From sequence record SRR22947725_362: a stretch of DNA of 53,847 nucleotides, one strand, 5' to 3'. Positions 38,130-46,417 of this stretch are shown piece by piece. A model generated the notes under the pieces. That model ran no database searches, was not told the origin of the DNA, and saw nothing but the letters and a program-made list of their open reading frames with translations. The translations under genes were made by a program, and so were the position numbers. How positions within the stretch are numbered: position 1 is the first letter of the stretch; each line of letters opens with the position of its first letter.

Positions 38130-39122
38130 ATGATTGTACTAGTACTAGGTGGTGCCGGTTACATCGGTTCACATACAGTTAAACAGTTACATAATGAAGG
38201 ACATGAGGTGATTATTGTTGATAATCTTTCATATGGTCATCGTGAACTGGTTGAAAAGTACTGCACTCATTTCTATGAAGGCGATATAGGTAACCATACT
38301 TTGATGACCGAAGTCTTTTCGAGTAACAAGGTTGATGTGGTCATTCATTTTGCCGCCTTTGCGTATGTCGGAGAGTCAGTAAAGGATCCGGCAAAATATT
38401 ATAGAAATAATATTATCAACAGTTTGAATTTACTGGATGTCCTAAGAGACTCAGGCTGTAAAAAAATAATATTTTCATCAACATGTGCGACATACGGTGA
38501 GCCAGAGTATACACCGATTGACGAACTTCACCCGCAAGTACCAGTAAATCCCTATGGGAAAAGTAAGCTGTTCTTTGAGAAGATTCTGAAAGATTATGAT
38601 CATGCTTATGGAATAAAGTCAGTTTGCCTAAGGTATTTTAATGCCTGTGGCGCCGCGAGTGATGGAAGTTTGGGGGAATGGCATGACCCAGAAACTCATC
38701 TGATACCTTTAGCTTTAATGGCAGCGTTGAAAAAGAGAGATGCATTGACTGTTTTTGGTGATGATTATGATACTCCCGATGGAACATGTGTACGCGACTA
38801 TATTCACGTGGAGGATTTAGCCAGTGCTCACATCTTGGCAATGAGTTATCTCAATAAGCATGAAGAGTCTTTGAAATGCAATTTAGGAACAGGTAATGGT
38901 TTTTCGATTAAAGAAATAATGGCTGCCATAAAAGAGTATACAACGCTTGATGTGCCACATGAAATAGGTCCTCAGCGCGAAGGAGACCCTTCAAATTTAG
39001 TAGCTTATGCAGCACTCGCTAATGAGAGACTAAACTGGGTAGCAAAGAAAAGCAATCTGAAAGATATAATCGAGTCATCCCATAAATGGTTACTTAAATT
39101 AATTGATTTAAATCACCTTTAA
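38130..39122 (+). CDS. galE: UDP-glucose 4-epimerase (copy 2)
   Basis: GGAGYIGSH, HFAAFAYVGES, FSSTCATYG, YGKSK, RDYIHV; colinear with copy 1. Confidence 0.92.
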   Translation: MIVLVLGGAGYIGSHTVKQLHNEGHEVIIVDNLSYGHRELVEKYCTHFYEGDIGNHTLMTEVFSSNKVDVVIHFAAFAYVGESVKDPAKYYRNNIINSLNLLDVLRDSGCKKIIFSSTCATYGEPEYTPIDELHPQVPVNPYGKSKLFFEKILKDYDHAYGIKSVCLRYFNACGAASDGSLGEWHDPETHLIPLALMAALKKRDALTVFGDDYDTPDGTCVRDYIHVEDLASAHILAMSYLNKHEESLKCNLGTGNGFSIKEIMAAIKEYTTLDVPHEIGPQREGDPSNLVAYAALANERLNWVAKKSNLKDIIESSHKWLLKLIDLNHL

Positions 39123-39137
39123 ACTTAGATTATTAGC

Positions 39138-40426
39138 ATGAAAAAAAGTAACTGTTTAATAATTCTTCTTGCCCTTTCAGTTATTGCGAATACATATCTT
39201 TTCGTAATACCGATAGATTCAGTAGAGATAAAAGAAACAGACAGTACGAACTTTATTCTTAGCCCAAGTAAAAGTGTTTATCTCGGTGTTAAAGATCACA
39301 CTAATGATACGGATAGGCAAATTGCTATTCATGCCAATCAAGGACAAGTCGTCGAGATTCATGTACGTGAAGCAAGAGAGGATGAAGAAATTCAGACATT
39401 CACTTTGGATGAATTCCTCAAGCAGGTTCTTGGTCACAAAAACCAAACGGTGAAACAATCCAGTGCAAAGTTTAAAGCTATAGAACCAGAATCACCGAGT
39501 CGCTTAAATTTTTTTTGGCAGAATGCAAATATCCCGAGCTTAGAACTACTTCGATCAAATGAAAAAATCGATGGTGTGATTAAGAACTCGAAGTCTGAAA
39601 TGGAAAAATTTCTAAAGCTGCAGAATTGGGTTCGTAGTCAATGGGAACCAGGCTCCCCAGATCCTTATCCTGCTTGGAATGCAAATCAGATATTATCGAT
39701 GATTCGAAGTGGTAAAACGGGTGGCTTCTATGGACAATATTCACAAGTATTAGTGCAAGCACTACAAAGCTTGGGTTATAAGGCTCGTTACCTCTGGCTA
39801 AAAAATCACTTTGCCTTAGAAGTATTCTGGAATGAAGGTGGCAAATGGATTGGCTTGACCCTCTTTACAGTGCAGTTTATATGAAAGATGGTAAAAACCT
39901 TAATGCTTATGAGGTTTATTCATCAATGGATAAACTAGACCAAATTTCGATCATTAATTCAAAAAACAAACAGGAAATACTTGGAACAGAAAAGGAGAAG
40001 ATAGTTAAGCATTACTCTGAAATTACTTATGCTTTGAAAGCAGATCATTTAAGTGAAAATAAAAGTGGCCTCTCTTATGTTGCTAATTATTGGCAGCATT
40101 CGGCGGTATTTGTTGATCAAAATTTACCGAAGAGAACCTTTCATGGAAAGACGGCTGTTTTAACAGATCGTTTGCATGACCTTTATTTTATTGTTGATGA
40201 AGTTAAAGCAAGAATTCAAAGTTTAAATAGTAAGACTCTAACTCTGATTTTGTCGAGTACTTTCTCGATTCAAGACTTTGAAATGTCAATTAATGATAGC
40301 CCTTTTCGTAAAGTAAAGGAGATAGTTTCGATTCCCTTTAGGAATTCCAAATTGAATATTTTAGTTCGTGGTAAGAATATGGTGGGCGTTGTCGGACCAG
40401 TGCGAAAATATGAATTTACACCTTAA
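39138..40426 (+). pseudogene. Transglutaminase-like membrane-anchored protein, paralog 1; frameshifted and catalytic Cys replaced by Tyr
   Basis: ORFs 39138-39884 and 39845-40426 together align to paralog 2; 1-nt deletion near 39855; TAT at 39729-39731 where paralog 2 has TGT. Confidence 0.8.
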
Positions 40427-40432
40427 TTCTCA

Positions 40433-41164
40433 ATGAAATTCTCAATTGTTATTCCAGCTTATAATGAAGACGAACTGATTGGGGCGACGATTGATAATTT
40501 AGTCAGTGCCTTGAAACATATTGTTGAATATGAAATCATTGTAATAGATGACTATTCAATAGATAAAACTTTTCAAGTAGTGGAAAATAAACAAAAAAAG
40601 AATGATAATTTATTTATCATTAAAAATAATTATTCTCAAGGGTTTGGTGGAGCGGTTAAGAGTGGACTAGATCACTTTTCGGGAGATGCCGTAGCCATTT
40701 ATATGGCCGATGCCAGCGATAGCCCTAATGATCTTATTCGCTATTTTGAAGAAATAGAAAATGGCGCCGAATGTGTTTTTGGCTCTCGATTTATTAAAGA
40801 CAGTAAAGTTATTGATTATCCGAAGCATAAACTTTTTCTTAATCGTTTTGTTAATTTCGTTATTAAAATGGTTTTTCGTCATAAGTATAACGATACGACA
40901 AATGCTTTTAAATGTTATCGCCGAGAAGTAATTGAGGGGTGTCGCCCCTTTATTTCAAGGCACTTTAATTTTACTGTGGAGCTTCCTTTAAAAGCCTTTA
41001 TTCGTGGCTATAAATTCAAGGTAGTTCCTATAAGTTGGACTAATCGGACCGTTGGGGTGTCCAAATTGAAACTTAAAGAAATGGGTTCTAGGTATTTTTT
41101 TATGTTTGTTTATTGTCTTATGGAAAAATGGTTGACTGGTCAGGATTATAAAAGAGATGATTAA
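40433..41164 (+). CDS. GT2 polyprenol-phosphate glycosyltransferase (DPM1/GtrB-like)
   Basis: IVIPAYNE, VIDDYS, GFGGAV, MADASD, FGSRF, DTTNAFKCYR, GVSK. Confidence 0.85.
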   Translation: MKFSIVIPAYNEDELIGATIDNLVSALKHIVEYEIIVIDDYSIDKTFQVVENKQKKNDNLFIIKNNYSQGFGGAVKSGLDHFSGDAVAIYMADASDSPNDLIRYFEEIENGAECVFGSRFIKDSKVIDYPKHKLFLNRFVNFVIKMVFRHKYNDTTNAFKCYRREVIEGCRPFISRHFNFTVELPLKAFIRGYKFKVVPISWTNRTVGVSKLKLKEMGSRYFFMFVYCLMEKWLTGQDYKRDD

Positions 41165-41179
41165 GGCTAAGTTCTTTTT

Positions 41180-42460
41180 ATGAAATTAAAACCGTTGGTT
41201 TTTTTAGCAGTAATACTGTTACTTGTGAATGCCTTTTTATTATTTAATCGCAAAGAGGCTGAAGTTATGCCGACCTCTGAGAGTACGCGGTTTATAATGA
41301 CAGAAGGAAAAAGTGTTTATTTAGGAGTTAAGGATCATGCCTCAGCCAGTGACCGGCAGATAGCCATTCAGGCTTCTCCTAATGAAGTTGTCGAGATTCA
41401 GGTCAGAAAAGCTGGCGACGAAGAAGTAGAAGAGACTTATAATTTAAATGAGTTTTTAGGATAAATTATTGGCCATAAGAATCAAGAGGCGAAGAGTACG
41501 GCTCAATTTAAGGCAATGCAGCCAGAGTCTGTTTCTCGCTTTAATTTTCAATTTCAATCTTATAATCATCCAGAACTCATCTCGTTGAAAAAGAGAGAAA
41601 GTCTTGCTCGAGTAATAGAAGGTGGAGACTCGGAGTTAGATAAGTTTGTTCTACTTCAGAATTGGGTGAGGCAACAATGGCAGGTGGGAACCCCCAATCC
41701 TTATCCTCAGTGGAATGCAAACCAAATTTTAAATATGATTCGCTCAGGCCAAACTGGAGGCTTTTGTGGACAGTATTCTCAGGTATTAGTTCAGGCTTTC
41801 TTGAGTCTGGGTTATAAAGCGCGGTATTTATGGTTAAAAAATCACTTTGCACTAGAGGTTTTCTGGAATGAAGGCGGTAGGTGGCTTAGCGTTGACCCAC
41901 TTTATAATGTTTTATTTAAGAAAGGTGAGAATTACCTAAGTGCTTATGAGGTTTATCTAGCTTTTCATAATCAAGAAAATATTTCAGTAATAAATACAGT
42001 ATCTAATTCATTAATTGAAGGTGTTGAGAAAGATAATATTTTACAAACTTATTCTGAAATTATTTTTGATTTGAAAGCAGACCACCTTGGGGCGAGAGAG
42101 AGTGGACTTTACTTTGTCGAGAATTCTTGGCAAACATCGGTGTTCATTCTGGATGAATTTTCGAAAAATAGGACTTTTAACGGTAAGAACCCAGCAATCA
42201 CAGATCGCGTCAGAGATCTATATTTTTTGATAGATGATGTAAAGCTGAAAGCGCTAAAATTTGATGAGCAAAGTTTGGTTCTTGAATTAATCACAGATTC
42301 TCATTTGAGCTCATATCAAATGTCTATAAATAATTCACCTTTTAAGGATATCCCTAAACGTGTCAGTTTACCGGTTAAGGGCAAGATGGATATTCGCGTT
42401 AGAGCTAAGAATAGGGCAGGTATTTGGGGTCCGATACGCCAATATAGCTTTACGCCTTAG
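41180..42460 (+). pseudogene. Transglutaminase-like membrane-anchored protein, paralog 2; in-frame stop
   Basis: ORFs 41180-41464 and 41516-42460 are in the same frame; TAA at 41462-41464 aligns to Gln of paralog 1; triad C (GFCGQY), H (NHFALE), D (VDP) intact. Confidence 0.8.
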
Positions 42461-42461
42461 G

Positions 42462-44015
42462 TTATCTCGGAACAATGATGTTTCGTTGGGCTCTTGAGCG
42501 CATGCTTTTGCTACCCCAGAATTGGTAGAAGTCATTTTCGAATGATGTCATATCTATGCCGTCGAAAGCTTTTTCATAGACAGTTTGTATATCATCGCCA
42601 TTAACGATTGATTTAATTGATTTAGCGAGGACTTCAGAGTATCGCTTATCTTTATACATGGGCACGGCTTTTCGTAAGTAATACATAATCGCCCAGGCAA
42701 CAGGGTAGTTGAGGTCTGGGTTGGCATAGAAGGCTTGGTGGCCCATCACGAGGTGTTTCTTTATATTAATGCCTTTACGCTTCATTAAAGGCGCTAAGAC
42801 TCTTAGGTGCATGGGGTCTTCGATGATGGTAACTTTTGAACCCAATTTTTTGATTGAGGCAAATAAGTCAGCATGGCCTTCATTAAACCATGGTGGGCTA
42901 TCTTTTTGCTCTAGAGCATAGTAGATATATTGATGAAATGCTTCGTGCCTTAAAGTGCCCATTTGCTGTTTTTCGTCTCTAGTGTAAGACGCTACAGCCA
43001 GTTCCTTCCTGCTGGACATCCAAACTCCAGCTGACCATTCGGGGGCCCCCGTATATTTCAGGTATTCTTCTTTTGTATTAGGTATGGTGATGATACTTAC
43101 CGCTTTAATTTCAGAGACTGGTGGGATGAATTTCTCGTATACTTTACGGATGAACTCTACCTGCTCCTGAACTTTTTTAGCAAAGGACCTTTTTTTAGTC
43201 GGCATGTTCGATTTGAGAACATAGTTATTGGTTTGGGCGAGCCACCAACCTTCGGTATTGAGCACCTGCTTTTTTACGGCATCAATGGTTTGTTGATACT
43301 CAGGGCTGACTTTACTTGATGGTTTAAATTTACTACTTTGGAAAGTCGACTTCTTGGCTTCTTTGGCTTTTTCAATTTTTATGTAGCGCATGAAGCCTTG
43401 CATGGCTCTTTCAGCATCTTTTTGTTCGCCACCACGCATTTTAAGACTGAGGTAGTAGAAGCGTTTATCGGCAGTGGTAATTAAGAAATCGAATGAATCT
43501 GCGGGCTGATTAAAATTAACAAATTTCATATCAAGAGAAAAATGTAGCTTCGGGTAACGGTCTTCTAATTTACATGATTTACCAGTGACAAACTTTAGCC
43601 ATTTGAGAATAATAGCTTCATCATATTCACTGATCTGTTTCTTATTAGAATCGTAATGTTTTTTTTGAACATACTCATTTCGAATAGTTTCGAGGTTATC
43701 AGGAATGAGATTATTGATTTTGTAAAAATTGAGTGTGACCAGAGTGTTTTTGTAGGTGACTATTTTATTATCACTTTCCCAAAGTTCTTGTAATACATAG
43801 GTTTCTAATTGGCTGACCTCTGTGCCCCGAGTTAGAATAAAGCGGGAGGTTTCGAGTGGCTTAATTTGTTCAGCCTTCATGTCTCGGAAGGCTTTGAAAG
43901 AGACTCCTTCTGTATTGAGGGTGGTTGCTGAGCGCTCTAATGAATATTCTTTTGGGGCTCTAGCGAATAGGCTTATTGATAAAATGAGAGAGATTAATAA
44001 AACGTTTTTAATCAT
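42462..44015 (-). CDS. Exported protein with gluzincin-like metallopeptidase domain (DUF1570/peptidase MA-like)
   Basis: Signal peptide; LRHEAFHQ then PPWFNEGHA; YPVAWA. Confidence 0.7.
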   Translation of the reverse strand: MIKNVLLISLILSISLFARAPKEYSLERSATTLNTEGVSFKAFRDMKAEQIKPLETSRFILTRGTEVSQLETYVLQELWESDNKIVTYKNTLVTLNFYKINNLIPDNLETIRNEYVQKKHYDSNKKQISEYDEAIILKWLKFVTGKSCKLEDRYPKLHFSLDMKFVNFNQPADSFDFLITTADKRFYYLSLKMRGGEQKDAERAMQGFMRYIKIEKAKEAKKSTFQSSKFKPSSKVSPEYQQTIDAVKKQVLNTEGWWLAQTNNYVLKSNMPTKKRSFAKKVQEQVEFIRKVYEKFIPPVSEIKAVSIITIPNTKEEYLKYTGAPEWSAGVWMSSRKELAVASYTRDEKQQMGTLRHEAFHQYIYYALEQKDSPPWFNEGHADLFASIKKLGSKVTIIEDPMHLRVLAPLMKRKGINIKKHLVMGHQAFYANPDLNYPVAWAIMYYLRKAVPMYKDKRYSEVLAKSIKSIVNGDDIQTVYEKAFDGIDMTSFENDFYQFWGSKSMRSRAQRNIIVPR

Positions 44016-44034
44016 GTAATTTGCCCTGAGTTAA

Positions 44035-45582
44035 TTATTCGGTAAAAGCCTGCTCGATAACATTGTCACCATTGGTGATAAGAAAGTTATTTTCTACAGG
44101 AACCTTAAGTCGGTCATTGTGCTGTAGGTATTTGAAAAGATGGTCGCGAACAGATGTTGTCGACTTCCAAACTGGCCGATGCTTTTTAAGCATATCATAA
44201 CCGAGTGCACCACCAGCTCTGAAATGGTAGAAGGCGACTTTGAAGCGATCTTTATCTTGGAGATCTTCACCATTATGCTTAAGCTCTACAATTCTATGAC
44301 CTACGGGCTTAGAAATATCTATTTTGTAGTAAATCCCAGACCAGATGTCGTAATCATAAATTTTAGATGAGACTAAGCACCTTCCTTCTTCAGTAAGGGT
44401 AAAGAACTCCGCCGTTCTCTCTAAAGCTAATTTGATATTTTCGCCAGTAATATTGAGAATGTGAATGTAGTTATCAGGCAGAAGGTTAAGGATTTTTTTG
44501 CGTTTTACTGGGCCTTTTCCCCAGCCACTCATATCCCAAAAGCTGGCGACTGTTATGTCGCACTTAGAGTGATCTCTTAAGACATCGTGAATTAAACTAC
44601 TCATACGGCTCGGTTTAATAAGAGGGTCACTCGGATAATCGGGAATGAATGAATGTCTTGATTTGGCGACGACTTCTGTGAGCCAAGCGAAGGTGCTGTC
44701 ATGAGCTTTGGCAGTAACCGCCATGACTTCTTCATCCAGTCCACAGTTTTTTAGCGGGAGGACTTCAGAGTTTATTTGTGGCGATTCTTGACTAAAGTCT
44801 ACATCGACTTTACCTAGAAATAAGCCATTGCAGCCGGCTTGTATGGTGTGAACTCCATTAACAGTTTGATTGGCGGCACAACCATGAGTATGACCGGTGA
44901 TAAGTAAATCAATTTCCGGGAATTTTTCGGCAATATCTGATTTCAACTCTCCAATTTCTTCAGCACTCTGCCAGTAGGAAAGTCCACTTTCATAACCTCC
45001 GTGGTAGCATACGGTGATGAAGTCGGCGCCTAATTCCTTAACTTCGGCAATCTTCTCTTCGAGAACATCCAGTGGTGAAACGATCTTTAGATCTTTAATG
45101 AGGTCTTTATAAGCCAGAGTTGCTGTTTCTTCAGTGGTCACACCAATAAACGCCAGCTTTTTCCCAAAGGTAGTTTCGTGCATATAATAGCTATGGCCGA
45201 AAGCAGCTTTTTTACTGCTGTTCTTGAAAATATTGGCGCCAAGCCATGGGAACTGAGACTGCTCTATCACTTTATCGAGATATTTTCGGCCGTAATCAAA
45301 TTCGTGATTTCCTATGACCGAAAAGCGGCAATCCATAGCGTCAAGTGCAGTGACAATGGGAGCGGATAAGCGTAGATCTTCAGCGCAACGAATTGAGAGT
45401 AGTGAACCTGAAATGAGATCGCCATTATCAAAGTAAATGACTTCATCCTCTTGCTCGCGGATCTCTTTTAGCTTTGTGGCTGCATGAGCGATACCATGGT
45501 TTGAACCCCTATTATTAAAAAAGGAGTCTCCCGTAACATACCCATGTACATCTGTGCTGTAAACTAAACTAATTTTACCCAT
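44035..45582 (-). CDS. Metallophosphoesterase/5'-nucleotidase (CpdB/UshA-like), no signal peptide
   Basis: TDVHG, DNGD, GNHEFD, YHGG, GHTH plus C-terminal nucleotidase domain (GIYYKID-GHRI). Confidence 0.88.
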   Translation of the reverse strand: MGKISLVYSTDVHGYVTGDSFFNNRGSNHGIAHAATKLKEIREQEDEVIYFDNGDLISGSLLSIRCAEDLRLSAPIVTALDAMDCRFSVIGNHEFDYGRKYLDKVIEQSQFPWLGANIFKNSSKKAAFGHSYYMHETTFGKKLAFIGVTTEETATLAYKDLIKDLKIVSPLDVLEEKIAEVKELGADFITVCYHGGYESGLSYWQSAEEIGELKSDIAEKFPEIDLLITGHTHGCAANQTVNGVHTIQAGCNGLFLGKVDVDFSQESPQINSEVLPLKNCGLDEEVMAVTAKAHDSTFAWLTEVVAKSRHSFIPDYPSDPLIKPSRMSSLIHDVLRDHSKCDITVASFWDMSGWGKGPVKRKKILNLLPDNYIHILNITGENIKLALERTAEFFTLTEEGRCLVSSKIYDYDIWSGIYYKIDISKPVGHRIVELKHNGEDLQDKDRFKVAFYHFRAGGALGYDMLKKHRPVWKSTTSVRDHLFKYLQHNDRLKVPVENNFLITNGDNVIEQAFTE

Positions 45583-45640
45583 AAATCCATCATATTCTAT
45601 AGACCGTAAAGGCCCATTTTACCCTCTTAGCAGTGGAGAT

Positions 45641-46405
45641 TCAAGAATTGAGCCACTTATTATTGAAATCAACGGCATCTTTATAGGTAATTCCGGACCC
45701 GCCAAAGATGTCAAGAGCACTACCTATAGTGAGGTCAACCTTGTTATCGCTGCTTTCAGTAATTTTGATCAAGTCTTCAATTGAGTTGGCGCCACCAGCA
45801 TAAGTTGTTGGTATTGGCGAGTTCTTTAAAAGTTCAACCAAATTCCAATCAATCCCCTGACAGAGACCTTCGACATCGACTGCATGTATAAGGAATTCGT
45901 GACAATACTCTGAGAGCTCTTTTAAAGTCTTTTCGTCGAGTTGGACATCGGTAAATTTCTGCCAACGATCAGTAACGATCCAGTATTTGTTGTCTTTTAT
46001 GCGGCAGCTTAGGTCTAAAACCAGTTTTTCTGGCCCGACTTCCTTAAGGATAGAGTTTAAATTCTTTTCATTCAGTTGACCATCTTTGAAGACGAATGAA
46101 GTGACAATGACAGAGGAAGCACCGGCTTCGAGTAGTTTAGCGGCATTTTCATTAGTAACACCACCACCAATTTGAAGTCCTCCTGGATAGGCTTTAAGAG
46201 CACTCAAAGACGCTTCTTCGTTCCCTTGGCCTAATCGTATTACGTGACCCCCAGTTAATTTATCTTGGCGATATAAGTCGGCATACCAATCGGCGGGCTT
46301 TTCGGAGATGAAATTGGTGGCAGGAGAACTTCCTGAGTCATTCAGCGAGCCGCCGACGATCTGTTTTACTTTGCCATTGTGTAAATCAATACAGGGTCTA
46401 AACAT
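45641..46405 (-). CDS. hisA: ProFAR isomerase, eukaryotic (His6-like) type
   Basis: FRPCIDLHNGKVKQIVGG, GGHVI, LQIGGG, LVLDLSCR, HAVDVEGL, LTIGSALDIFGG. Confidence 0.92.
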   Translation of the reverse strand: MFRPCIDLHNGKVKQIVGGSLNDSGSSPATNFISEKPADWYADLYRQDKLTGGHVIRLGQGNEEASLSALKAYPGGLQIGGGVTNENAAKLLEAGASSVIVTSFVFKDGQLNEKNLNSILKEVGPEKLVLDLSCRIKDNKYWIVTDRWQKFTDVQLDEKTLKELSEYCHEFLIHAVDVEGLCQGIDWNLVELLKNSPIPTTYAGGANSIEDLIKITESSDNKVDLTIGSALDIFGGSGITYKDAVDFNNKWLNS

Positions 46406-46417
46406 GTCTATCCTTAA

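Noticed and set aside
39845-39884. Programmed ribosomal frameshift joining the two halves of transglutaminase paralog 1
   Set aside because: No slippery heptamer or stimulatory structure at the shift site, and the catalytic Cys is also lost, which favours decay
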